In this document: positions 39,517-48,417 of the stretch, in pieces
Position numbering within the stretch: position 1 is the first letter of the stretch
Layout: each line of letters starts with the position of its first letter
Origin: Blastocatellia bacterium
GTDB taxonomy: Bacteria > Acidobacteriota > Blastocatellia > UBA7656
NCBI GenBank assembly: GCA_045807725.1
Contig: JBJMGV010000089.1
Coordinates: forward strand, 4,787 to 68,786
Direction of reading: 5' to 3'
DNA: 64,000 bases
Position numbers and translations under genes: made by a program
Notes under the pieces: model-generated
The model's database searches: none
Seen by the model: only the letters and a program-made list of their open reading frames with translations
What the model was told of the DNA's origin: nothing

Positions 39517-40740
39517 ATGAATTCAGATAATTTCCACAAGCTTGGCCTGAGTGCGCCGCTTGTTAAGGTCATCGAACGGCTCGGCCTCGTTGTGCCGACC
39601 GACATCCAGACAAAAGCCATCCCGCCGGCGCTCGCCGGTCAAAACGTGATGGCGACAGCCGAAACCGGATCGGGCAAAACGGCGGCGTTTCTGCTGCCGA
39701 TCATTGAACGGTTGAAACAGCGCGGCGCGGCCCGCGCGCTGGTGCTGGCTCCGACGCGCGAGCTGGCTTTGCAAATCGAAGTGAACGCGCGCGACTTCAG
39801 TCGCGCCGCTGGCCTGCGCACGGTCTCGGTCGTGGGCGGCGAAAGCATAGGCCGGCAGACCAAGTCGCTCGGCGACGGCGTTGACATCATCATCGCCACG
39901 CCCGGACGCTTGAACGATTTGATCGAGCGCCGCGCTGTGCGGCTCAACCAGATTGAAGCGCTGGTGCTTGACGAAGCCGACCGCATGCTCGATATGGGAT
40001 TCTTGCCGCAGGTGCGGCGCATCATCGCGCACATTCCGAAGCAGCGACAGACGATGATGTTCACGGCGACGATGTCGCGTCCCGTCGAGTTGTTGGCGCG
40101 CGAACTGTTAAGCGACTGTGTTCGCGTCGCAGCGGCGCGCACGCAATCAACCACGGCGACGCTGACGCAGACCGCCTTTCCTGTGCTGGCACACGCGAAG
40201 ACGCCGCTGCTGTTGGCGCTGCTCAAGCAGAAGACCGATGGCGCGATCCTCGTCTTCACGCAGACGCGGCGCGGCGCTGACCGCCTGGCGCACATACTGA
40301 CCGCCAATAAACACGAAGTCGCCACGCTGCATTCCGACCGCAGTCAGTCGCAGCGTAACCGCGCGCTCCAGAGCTTCCGCTCCGGCGACGTGCGCGTGCT
40401 GGTCGCTACGGACGTTGCGGCGCGCGGCATTGACGTGGACGACATCGCTTATGTCATCAACTACGAAGTGCCGGCGTCCGCCGACGACTACATCCACCGC
40501 GTCGGACGTACGGCGCGGGCTGGCCGCAACGGCGAGGCGATGACGCTCGTGAGTCCCGAAGAAGAGTCGATGCTTTCGGTCATCGAACAGACCACAGGCA
40601 TTAAGCTCGGCAGGGAACGCCTGCATGGGTTTTCTGACGGAAGGTCGGACGAGCAGATTCGCCTGGCTAGCGAGATCGCCAAACTGCGCTCGATGTCGCG
40701 CCGCTCGTTCAACTCGGGGGGCCGCGCCGCGCGCCGTTAG
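39517..40740 (+). CDS. DEAD-box ATP-dependent RNA helicase (RhlE-like)
   Basis: 407 aa; Q motif, AETGSGKT, DEAD (VLDEADRM), SAT-like TAT, HRVGRTARAG. Confidence 0.93.
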   Translation: MNSDNFHKLGLSAPLVKVIERLGLVVPTDIQTKAIPPALAGQNVMATAETGSGKTAAFLLPIIERLKQRGAARALVLAPTRELALQIEVNARDFSRAAGLRTVSVVGGESIGRQTKSLGDGVDIIIATPGRLNDLIERRAVRLNQIEALVLDEADRMLDMGFLPQVRRIIAHIPKQRQTMMFTATMSRPVELLARELLSDCVRVAAARTQSTTATLTQTAFPVLAHAKTPLLLALLKQKTDGAILVFTQTRRGADRLAHILTANKHEVATLHSDRSQSQRNRALQSFRSGDVRVLVATDVAARGIDVDDIAYVINYEVPASADDYIHRVGRTARAGRNGEAMTLVSPEEESMLSVIEQTTGIKLGRERLHGFSDGRSDEQIRLASEIAKLRSMSRRSFNSGGRAARR

Positions 40741-40756
40741 GGATCATCACCATTTG

Positions 40757-40795
40757 CAGAGCGAGCGGGCGACTGCCGCGTTCGCTCTGTTTATC
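40757..40795 (+). terminator. Rho-independent terminator after the helicase gene
   Basis: cagagcga-(17 nt)-tcgctctg followed by tttatcc. Confidence 0.55.
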
Positions 40796-40849
40796 CTTAG
40801 ACGCACAACCGCGCGGTCCTTCCACAAGCCGCGCTGAAAGAGAGACTAA

Positions 40850-41071
40850 ATGCCAAGAGAAGATATGATCGCGGTGGACGGCACGGTGGTCGAGTGTAAA
40901 GGCAATGCGACTTTCAAGGTCAAGGTGGCGCAGGGCCATGAAGTGCTGGCCCACCTGGCCGGCAAGATGCGCAAGCATTACATCAAAGTGCTGGCCGGTG
41001 ACCGCGTGACGGTTGAACTATCGCCTTATGATTTGACCAAAGGCCGCATCACCTACCGCCATCGCAGCTAG
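40850..41071 (+). CDS. infA: Translation initiation factor IF-1
   Basis: 73 aa; ..[60 protein letters not shown]. Confidence 0.95.
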   Translation: MPREDMIAVDGTVVECKGNATFKVKVAQGHEVLAHLAGKMRKHYIKVLAGDRVTVELSPYDLTKGRITYRHRS

Positions 41072-41142
41072 CGCGCGACCGCGGCACGAGAGTGTGCCGC
41101 GCCGCCTGTTGTACGGCGCGATGATCCATTTAGTAAAGTGAA

Positions 41143-41409
41143 GTGATGGAGATGAGCACGCTCGATCAAAAAGCCATTCACGCCATATTGCGTGAGATCG
41201 ACACACGCCTGAGCCAGGGACTCGTGCCCGTGCATAACGAGCATCTGCAACATCTGGTCGAAGGCGATACTGTCGAATACCTGCTCTACCTGAAAAGGCT
41301 CGGCTTGATTAGCGGCGATCTGGTGACGCGAGGTCTGGACAGCACGCCGCATCGAATGACCAACATCCGCCTGACCTTCATCGGCATCCGCACGCTCAGG
41401 GCCGGCTAA
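41143..41409 (+). CDS. Small hypothetical protein (possibly a winged-helix, DUF2513-like)
   Basis: 88 aa. YLLYLKRLGLISG...LTFIGIRTL is reminiscent of DUF2513, but this is a weak call. Confidence 0.4.
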   Translation: MMEMSTLDQKAIHAILREIDTRLSQGLVPVHNEHLQHLVEGDTVEYLLYLKRLGLISGDLVTRGLDSTPHRMTNIRLTFIGIRTLRAG

Positions 41410-41415
41410 ACCTTC

Positions 41416-42384
41416 TCACCCGTCGGCGCGATTGAATACGGCAGCATTCAGCGCGCCGATGCGGCTCGACATCGTGAACAGCGCCCGCACCGGCACAAAG
41501 CCAAATAATCGATAATCGCCAATCGCCTGCAATCCCGCCGAAGCCATACAGCCGCATTGCGTGCAGTCGGGCGTGCCGCCGAACTGGCAAGGCGTGATCT
41601 TTCCCTTCAAGTCTGCCGTCAGATTCAACGTCGTCCGCGAGAAGATGCAATCCGCAGGCGTCTGCGGCGGCTTCATATACCCTTTAATCACCGAGTCGGG
41701 CAGAAAGAGTTTCGGATAAGCGGGGCGCATCGCGGCAAGCTCTCGCAGGACGCTCTCGCGCTCCTGCGGCGTCAGTATCTCAGCATCCTGTGCGCCGACC
41801 TGCGGCGTGAAGAGGCTGAACCATATCTGCTTGATCTCGTCCCGCGTCGACCAGAAGCGCACGAACTCTTCGAGGTAGCCTGCGCGCCCGGCCATCTGCG
41901 CCGTGACGGTGCTATGCACGGTGATCTGGTGGCCGGCGATGCTCTTCAGGATGCGCTCGTAGGTGGCCGGCTTTCTGCGCTCGTCGTGCTCCGGCTGCAA
42001 GCCGTCAATCGAGACGACTAGATGAAGATTGTTAATATCATTCCAGGCTTTCGGGATTTCGCGGACGGCGCTGGTCACGAGTTGAACGGTGACGCCCATC
42101 TGACTCAATCGGGGCAGCAACAGGTTCAACTCGCGGAAGCGCACTAGCGGCTCGCCGCCGACGATAGAAAGATGCAGCGGGCGATAGCGACGCACCAGCG
42201 CCAGCACACCATCAACCAGTTGTTCGCCTTTATAGTCCGATAGCGTTCTAAGCGGCCCGAGCTGATGCAGGTGCTCCGGTTCGTAAGCATAGCAGCCGGG
42301 GCAGCGCAGCGGACACTCGCGGGTGATTTCAATAGACAGGGATGGATAATGGCCGCGCAAGATGCGACCCCATGCGCGCACCAC
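41416..42384 (-). CDS. Radical SAM enzyme with a Cys-rich C-terminal region
   Basis: 322 aa; CPLRCPGCYA (CxxxCxxC), GGEPL, and C-terminal ..PCQFGGTPDCTQCGCMAS. Substrate unknown. Confidence 0.8.
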   Translation of the reverse strand: MVRAWGRILRGHYPSLSIEITRECPLRCPGCYAYEPEHLHQLGPLRTLSDYKGEQLVDGVLALVRRYRPLHLSIVGGEPLVRFRELNLLLPRLSQMGVTVQLVTSAVREIPKAWNDINNLHLVVSIDGLQPEHDERRKPATYERILKSIAGHQITVHSTVTAQMAGRAGYLEEFVRFWSTRDEIKQIWFSLFTPQVGAQDAEILTPQERESVLRELAAMRPAYPKLFLPDSVIKGYMKPPQTPADCIFSRTTLNLTADLKGKITPCQFGGTPDCTQCGCMASAGLQAIGDYRLFGFVPVRALFTMSSRIGALNAAVFNRADG

Positions 42385-42738
42385 GTCATTCTTTTTCAGG
42401 AGAGCCTCTTTCTACCCGATCAGAAATCAGATTACGTTGACTCCGTCCACGCTTACAACCTTAACACTTGTGATAGGGCGAGGCCAAATCGTAGCGACGG
42501 ATCAAACCGAGCAGCGCGTCAGAAAAATGAGCGGCCACTTAGCGCCAACATCCGCGCACACTTCAACGAGGCATAGGAGCAATTGTGACATCGCCGTTTG
42601 ACACGCCTCGTAGCCCTATGCTAAAAGCAAGTACGAAAGTAGCTTATATTAGAAGCATCTCATTCCTAGCCACTGCCGATTAATCTTGCTTTCAGTGCAG
42701 CATTGGTGTCTTTGCGAAAACTGTAGCGGGGCGCACAA

Positions 42739-43794
42739 ATGGCAGACGATCCGAAAAACACCCTGACCGACCGCAGCGGTGATCAATCCGAGCCGACCGG
42801 CAGCGACGATTCCACCACCGTCTCACCTGAACAACCCGGGAAGCCACAGCCATCATCATCTGAAACCGTCGGCGCAGACGTGCCGGAGAAGGCACAGCCA
42901 TTGCCACCAATAGCCGGCTCCGTTTCGCCTGCTGATGAAGCCGAAGCGAAAGCAAAAGCCAATCTACCTGCCGGCGAGAAGCTCAAGACGGAAGCGAAGG
43001 ATGAAGTGGCGTTGCCGGGCACGGCCAAGCCATCGAAGACGCCTTCGGTCGAAGGCGCGTCCGCAAGCGGCGAGCCGGCTACTCCGCAAAAGACAATCCC
43101 GACACCACCGGCGACTGGCCCGGCTGCCGTTAAGCCGACACCCCCACGCGCGCCTGCCGGTGACAAGGCTGCTCCCCCGAAAGCCACGCCTGCCGCAGGC
43201 GCGAAGCCCGCGCCGCCCGCGCGCAAAGCGCCTTCGATCACGACCGAGATCACCGATGACCCGTTCATTGATCGCATCAAAAAACAATTCGGCGCAGCCA
43301 TCACCGAGGCCGTCGCCACGCTCGGCCAGCAGATCGTGCGCGTCAAACGCGAATCTTATCTCGCGCTCTGCCGCTTTCTGCGCGATGACAACGAAGCGCG
43401 CTTCGATATGTGCAACGACCTGACGGCGGTTCACTGGCCTGAGCGCAAGGGCGAAGAGTTCGATGTCGTCGTCAATCTCTACTCAGTCGCAGGGAACCGG
43501 CGGCTGCGCGTCAAGGTCGCGCTGGCCGATGGCGAAACCTGTCCGAGCGTCACGCCGCTCTGGACGGGTGCGAACTGGATGGAGCGCGAGGTCTATGATT
43601 TGTTCGGGCTGCGCTTTGATGGCCACCCTGATTTGCGGCGCATCCTGCTGCCGGTGGATTGGCCCGGCCACCCGCTGCGCAAAGAGTACCCGATTGAATA
43701 CCGCGACAACGAGTGGACCGATAAACACCTCGACTATCTCGAAGTCGATTACGACACGAGCTTGATCGACGTGAAGTACCGCGAGCGCCGTTAG
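42739..43794 (+). CDS. nuoC: NADH-quinone oxidoreductase subunit C with an N-terminal Pro/Ala/Lys-rich extension of about 170 aa
   Basis: C-terminal 180 aa: ..FDMCNDLTAVHWPE...NWMEREVYDLFGLRFDGHPDLRRILL. There is no in-frame ATG between 42739 and the conserved domain. The only alternative start I saw is the GTG at 43006. Confidence 0.8.
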   Translation: MADDPKNTLTDRSGDQSEPTGSDDSTTVSPEQPGKPQPSSSETVGADVPEKAQPLPPIAGSVSPADEAEAKAKANLPAGEKLKTEAKDEVALPGTAKPSKTPSVEGASASGEPATPQKTIPTPPATGPAAVKPTPPRAPAGDKAAPPKATPAAGAKPAPPARKAPSITTEITDDPFIDRIKKQFGAAITEAVATLGQQIVRVKRESYLALCRFLRDDNEARFDMCNDLTAVHWPERKGEEFDVVVNLYSVAGNRRLRVKVALADGETCPSVTPLWTGANWMEREVYDLFGLRFDGHPDLRRILLPVDWPGHPLRKEYPIEYRDNEWTDKHLDYLEVDYDTSLIDVKYRERR

Positions 43795-43860
43795 CGCACC
43801 GACTCGAATTCGCCATCGCCGGTTCGAGATTGATGGTGGCAGGCAACACTCAGGTTTGAT

Positions 43861-44994
43861 ATGCAAGACCAGGAAGTGATCAACGACCGCGAGACGCTCT
43901 TTGACACCGAAGAGATGGTGCTCAACATGGGGCCGCAGCATCCGAGCACGCACGGCGTGCTGCGCGTCATTCTGAAGCTCGACGGCGAGACCGTCACCGG
44001 CCTCGATTGCGACATCGGCTACCTGCATCGCGGCGTCGAGAAGATCGCCGAGCACGACACCTACGCGATGATCACGCCTTACTGGGATCGGCTCGATTAC
44101 GTCGCCGCCGTGTCGAACGACCTGCTTTACGTCGAAGCGGTCGAGAAGCTGTTGCAGGTCGAAGTGCCCAAACGCGCACAGTACCTTCGCGTCATCCTCA
44201 CAGAGCTTCAACGCATCGCCTCGCACCTGCTCTGGCTCGGCACGCACGCGATGGACATTGGCGCGGTGACGGTCTTGTTGTACTGCTTTCGCGAGCGCGA
44301 AGAGATACTGAAGATATTCGAGGACTTCATCGGCGCGCGTCTGACCGCGCACGCCTTCCGCATCGGCGGCCTCTGGTGGGACGCTTACCCCGAATTCGAG
44401 CAGCGCGTCCGCGACTTCTTAAAGATTCTGCCTGAGCGCATCGAAGAGTATGAAACATTACTGAACGCCAATCGCATCTGGCTGCAACGCACGGTCGGCA
44501 TCGGCATCATTTCGGCAGAAGACGCCATTGATTTGAGCCTGACAGGGCCGTGCCTGCGCGGGTCTGGCGTCAAGTACGACGTGCGCAAGGCGACGCCTTA
44601 CGCGGCCTATTCCGATTTCAACTTCGAGATTCCCATCGGCGAGAACGGCGATACCTATGACCGTTACCTCGTCCGCATGGAAGAGCTGAAGCAGTCTGCG
44701 CTGATCATCGAGCAGGCGCTCGACGGATTGCCGGAAGGCGCGGTGATGGCCAAAGTGCCGAAGATCATCAAGCCACCGGCGGGCGACATTTATCACACCA
44801 TCGAAGCGCCCAAAGGCGAGCTTGGCGTTTATCTGGTGAGCGACGGCACGGGCAAGCCTTACCGCATGCGCATTCGCCCGGCGTCATATATCAACTTGCA
44901 GTCGCTCAAAACTATGAGCATTGGCCATCTGGTTGCTGACGTGGTCGCCATCATCGGCACGCTCGACATCGTGCTTGGCGAAGTGGACAGATAA
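43861..44994 (+). CDS. nuoD: NADH-quinone oxidoreductase subunit D
   Basis: 377 aa; [15 protein letters not shown]..., [13 protein letters not shown]-terminal ..[13 protein letters not shown]. Confidence 0.95.
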   Translation: MQDQEVINDRETLFDTEEMVLNMGPQHPSTHGVLRVILKLDGETVTGLDCDIGYLHRGVEKIAEHDTYAMITPYWDRLDYVAAVSNDLLYVEAVEKLLQVEVPKRAQYLRVILTELQRIASHLLWLGTHAMDIGAVTVLLYCFREREEILKIFEDFIGARLTAHAFRIGGLWWDAYPEFEQRVRDFLKILPERIEEYETLLNANRIWLQRTVGIGIISAEDAIDLSLTGPCLRGSGVKYDVRKATPYAAYSDFNFEIPIGENGDTYDRYLVRMEELKQSALIIEQALDGLPEGAVMAKVPKIIKPPAGDIYHTIEAPKGELGVYLVSDGTGKPYRMRIRPASYINLQSLKTMSIGHLVADVVAIIGTLDIVLGEVDR

Positions 44995-44999
44995 TCATT

Positions 45000-46511
45000 A
45001 TGCCTGGACTCATCACATCGCTTCTGTTTGCCGCGCCGGAGTGGGTGCGGACGCTGATCACTCACGAAAGGCAGCCGAACGTCTTCTGGTCGGAGTACAT
45101 CATCTGGCCGATGATTCAGATCATCATCGTGCTGTTCATCGTGCTCACGGTCGTCGCCTATCTGGTCTGGGTCGAGCGCAAGGTGTCGGCCTTTATGCAG
45201 GCGCGGCTCGGCCCGATGCGAGTTGGCCTATGGGGATTGTTGCAGCCGCTCGCCGATGGCTTGAAGCTGCTGCTCAAGGAAGACATCATCCCGCTCAAAT
45301 CCGATCAAGCGGTCTTCACGATTGCGCCGATCATCTCGGTCGTCGCCGCCTTCGTCGTGCTGGCGGTGATGCCGTGGGGTTCGACGTGGGCGACGATTGC
45401 CAACATCAACATCGGCCTCTTGTTCGTCCTCGCCGTCTCATCCATAGGCGTGCTGGGATTGGTGCTGGCCGGCTGGTCGTCGAATTCCAAGTACTCGCTG
45501 CTTGGCGCGCTGCGCTCGTCGGCGCAGATGGTCAGTTACGAAGTCGGCCTCGGCATTTCAATCATCGGCGCGCTGATGTTTGCGCGCACGTTGTCGCTCA
45601 ACGGCATCATCGAAGCGCAACAGACCGATGGCGTCTGGTACGTGCTCTTTCAACCCGTAGGCTTTCTGGTCTACATCGTCAGCGCGCTTGGCGAGACCAA
45701 CCGCGCGCCGTTCGATCTGCCCGAAGCCGAATCGGAACTCGTCGCCGGCTATCACACCGAATACTCCGGCTTTCGCTGGGCGCTCTTCTTTATGGCTGAA
45801 TACACGTCTGTGATCGTGACCTCGGCCATCGCGGTGACGCTCTTTCTGGGCGGCTGGACATTGTTCGGATTAGAAAATCGCGTGACGCCGCTGGCGTTCA
45901 GCATCATCGTTGCCGCGATGCTCCTGTTGCTGGCGCTGTTGATTGTCTGGCGCGGCGTGATCACCGAGCCGCCTTCGATAGCGCGCAAGGTCGGCATCGT
46001 CGCGGCGGCGGTCTTCATTCTACTGGCTATCGTCGTGGTGGCGACGCGCCCGTTCAACGATCAAGGCGCGCACGTCTTGTTCAGCGTCGGCGTCTTTGTC
46101 GGCAAGATTCTCGTGTTGATCTACGCCTTCATGTGGTTCCGCTGGACGTGGCCGCGTTACCGCTATGACCAGTTGATGGCGTTGGGATGGAAGTGGATGA
46201 TCCCGGCGGGGCTGGCTAACATCGTGCTGACGGCCATCTGGTTGGTGCTGGCGCTGCCGAAACCGCAGGGCGTCTTCGGATTGATGCGCGAGCAGGCGAC
46301 CCGCTTAGTGCCGACAGGTCGCGGCATCGCGTATTTCATCGGCACGGCCTTCTTGCTGACTCTTCCTATAACGTGGGCCTTGCTTGCGACGATCAACCGC
46401 CGCACACGCGACTTCAACCTGGCCGAGCAGCGCCAGTTGCAGATGCGCCTGCGCCGCGAACGGCTCGAAAGGCAGTTGCAGAAGCCCGCGCCGGATGCCG
46501 AGCAAGTATAA
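45000..46511 (+). CDS. nuoH: NADH-quinone oxidoreductase subunit H (enlarged, 503 aa)
   Basis: ERKVSAFMQARLGP, LQPLADGLKLLLKED, GETNRAPFDLPEAESELVAGYHTEYSG. Extra hydrophobic segments and a charged C-terminal tail. Confidence 0.92.
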   Translation: MPGLITSLLFAAPEWVRTLITHERQPNVFWSEYIIWPMIQIIIVLFIVLTVVAYLVWVERKVSAFMQARLGPMRVGLWGLLQPLADGLKLLLKEDIIPLKSDQAVFTIAPIISVVAAFVVLAVMPWGSTWATIANINIGLLFVLAVSSIGVLGLVLAGWSSNSKYSLLGALRSSAQMVSYEVGLGISIIGALMFARTLSLNGIIEAQQTDGVWYVLFQPVGFLVYIVSALGETNRAPFDLPEAESELVAGYHTEYSGFRWALFFMAEYTSVIVTSAIAVTLFLGGWTLFGLENRVTPLAFSIIVAAMLLLLALLIVWRGVITEPPSIARKVGIVAAAVFILLAIVVVATRPFNDQGAHVLFSVGVFVGKILVLIYAFMWFRWTWPRYRYDQLMALGWKWMIPAGLANIVLTAIWLVLALPKPQGVFGLMREQATRLVPTGRGIAYFIGTAFLLTLPITWALLATINRRTRDFNLAEQRQLQMRLRRERLERQLQKPAPDAEQV

Positions 46512-46540
46512 GTTTGATATTCAATTCGATAAGGTGACGT

Positions 46541-47086
46541 ATGCCAGTAGTGACCACACAGGCGAAGAAACGAACACTGGGCCAGATCGTCAGGCGATTG
46601 TTGCTGATCGATCTATTCAAAGGACTGGCGCTGACGTTTCGCTACAACGCGCGGGCGCTTTACGAGCCGCGCGACGGCGGCAATCCGTTGCAAGCCATCT
46701 ACACCGAGCAGTACCCGAAAGAGCCTGCGCGGGTGTCTGAGCGTTTTCGCGGCGCGCCGCGCTTGAACCTCGACCCGGAGAACGGCGCGTCGCTGTGCAT
46801 CGCCTGCGACCTTTGCGCGCAGGTGTGCCCGGTGGATTGCATCGAGGTCGGCTCGATTCGCCGCGAAGTCCGCGACGGTCAGAAGGTCAACAAGAAAAAA
46901 GTGCTGACGACATTCATCTACGACACGTCGCGCTGTATGTTTTGCAACCTCTGCGTCGAAGCCTGTCCGACCGACTGCCTTGAGCTGACGCAGAGCTTCG
47001 AGCTGGCGGTTTATCACCGCGCCGGTTTTCGCTGGGACCGCGAGATGCTTGAAAAGGGCATCAACTACGTGCGCTACACGAAGTAG
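46541..47086 (+). CDS. nuoI: NADH-quinone oxidoreductase subunit I (2x[4Fe-4S])
   Basis: 181 aa; CIACDLCAQVCP and CMFCNLCVEACP. Confidence 0.93.
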   Translation: MPVVTTQAKKRTLGQIVRRLLLIDLFKGLALTFRYNARALYEPRDGGNPLQAIYTEQYPKEPARVSERFRGAPRLNLDPENGASLCIACDLCAQVCPVDCIEVGSIRREVRDGQKVNKKKVLTTFIYDTSRCMFCNLCVEACPTDCLELTQSFELAVYHRAGFRWDREMLEKGINYVRYTK

Positions 47087-47177
47087 AGACTAGAGACTAG
47101 AGACTAGGGGCTAGCGGGGAACAGTCGCAATCAACGCCTTGTTCCTGCTAGTCCCTAGCCCCTAGTCTCCAGCCTCT
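47084..47177. repeat. Tandem-repeat-armed hairpin H4, CTAG type ((GACTAGAG)n / GGCTAG)
   Basis: The left arm tagagactagagactagagactaggggctagcgggg starts on the nuoI TAG stop. The right arm is cctgctagtccctagcccctagtctccagcctct. The nuoJ ATG is at 47189. Confidence 0.9.
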
Positions 47178-47188
47178 GCCGGAGGGCT

Positions 47189-47785
47189 ATGCAATTACAC
47201 GGTTGGGAAGGCGTGCTGTTTTACGTGCTGGCGATTATGACGCTGTTTATGGCGGTCTTCGTGGTGACGGCGCGAGTTGCTGTTCATTCGGCGTTGTTCT
47301 TGATCGCCACGCTCGTCAACGTAGCGTTGTTGTTCATCCTGTTGCGCGCAGAGTTTGTCGCCGGCGTGCAGATACTGGTTTATGTCGGCGGCGTGATGGT
47401 GCTCTTCCTGTTCGTCATTATGCTGGTCGAGACACGCGCCGAAGAAGAGGCCCGCGTCGCGCTCTACACCAAACAAACATGGCCGGCGGTTATCGTCGCG
47501 CTGTTGCTGGCTGTGTCGTTCTACTTTGCGATGAACCCGGCGCAAGCGGCTTTTCGACAGCCGTCGGATCAGGCGAACGCGGTGGCGACGGCATCCGTAG
47601 ACGCGGGCGAACGCAGCGACGCCGGCGCAGGCTCTATCATCTCGACGGATACGGAGACGGTCGGCGACGCGCTCTACCGCAACGCCGCGCTGCCGTTTGA
47701 AATTGCTTCCGTGCTGCTGCTGGTGGCGATGGTCGGCGCGGTGCTGCTGGCGCGCGGGACCAAGCAAGAGAAGTATTACGAATAA
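47189..47785 (+). CDS. nuoJ: NADH-quinone oxidoreductase subunit J
   Basis: 198 aa; ..AEFVAGVQILVYVGGVMVLFLFVIML.. Confidence 0.9.
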   Translation: MQLHGWEGVLFYVLAIMTLFMAVFVVTARVAVHSALFLIATLVNVALLFILLRAEFVAGVQILVYVGGVMVLFLFVIMLVETRAEEEARVALYTKQTWPAVIVALLLAVSFYFAMNPAQAAFRQPSDQANAVATASVDAGERSDAGAGSIISTDTETVGDALYRNAALPFEIASVLLLVAMVGAVLLARGTKQEKYYE

Positions 47786-47884
47786 TGATGAGCGATGAAT
47801 GATGAATGATGAATGAAAGAGACAAGTCCCATTGCGGTGGGCGCAAGCGCCGGCAGTTCGTCATTCATCATTCATACTTCATTG
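47786..47884. repeat. Tandem-repeat-armed hairpin H5 ((ATGAATG)n units)
   Basis: tgatgagcgatgaatgatgaatgatgaatgaaag ... tcgtcattcatcattcatacttcattg. Starts 1 nt after the nuoJ TAA. Confidence 0.85.
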
Positions 47885-47903
47885 TTTAATTGTGGAGGTT
47901 GCC

Positions 47904-48329
47904 GTGAGTGGTTTTCTTCTGGGCGCGCTAACGCTTATCACCCCTCTGTTGCTGCAAGCGCAAACATCTGCGCTCAAGCGCTTCGAGCCGTCGCTCGTCA
48001 ACTTTCTTATGCTGAGCTTTCTGCTCTTCGTCGTCGGCGTCGCCGGTGTGCTGTCGCGCCGCAACATCATCATCATCTTTATGTCTATCGAGTTGATCTT
48101 GAATGCGGTCAACCTGAACCTGATCGCCTTCTCGCGCTACCTGTCGATGAATCAGGCGGCGCTGGCCAACGCCAAGCTCTTCGTCGAGCCGCTGACCGGG
48201 CCGGTCTTCACGATCTTCATCATCGTCGTGGCCGCTGCTGAAGCGGCGGTCGGCTTAGGCATCGTCATCGCTATGTTCCGCAACCGCGAAACCATCGCGA
48301 TTGACGAGATTGATTTACTGAAATGGTAA
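47904..48329 (+). CDS. nuoK: NADH-quinone oxidoreductase subunit K (with an extra N-terminal segment of about 35 aa)
   Basis: GGAGG at 47894-47898, then GTG 47904. Conserved core ..[19 protein letters not shown]...[20 protein letters not shown]. The track start at 47832 runs through hairpin H5. Confidence 0.8.
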   Translation: MSGFLLGALTLITPLLLQAQTSALKRFEPSLVNFLMLSFLLFVVGVAGVLSRRNIIIIFMSIELILNAVNLNLIAFSRYLSMNQAALANAKLFVEPLTGPVFTIFIIVVAAAEAAVGLGIVIAMFRNRETIAIDEIDLLKW

Positions 48330-48334
48330 AACGA

Positions 48335-48412
48335 AGTGATGAGTGATGAGTTGGAAGTGATGAGTTAAAATGCGGCTCATCACTCATCACTCATCACTTA
48401 TCACTTATCACT
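48335..48412. repeat. Tandem-repeat-armed hairpin H6 ((GTGATGA)n units)
   Basis: agtgatgagtgatgagttggaagtgatgagtt-aaaatgcgg-ctcatcactcatcactcatcacttatcacttatcact. Ends 5 nt before the nuoL ATG. Confidence 0.9.
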
Positions 48413-48417
48413 GACTT

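Noticed and set aside
42385-42738. Possible sigma-70 promoter (TTGACA at about 42598) for the nuo operon
   Set aside because: I could not find a convincing -10 hexamer at 16-18 nt spacing, so it is left unannotated.
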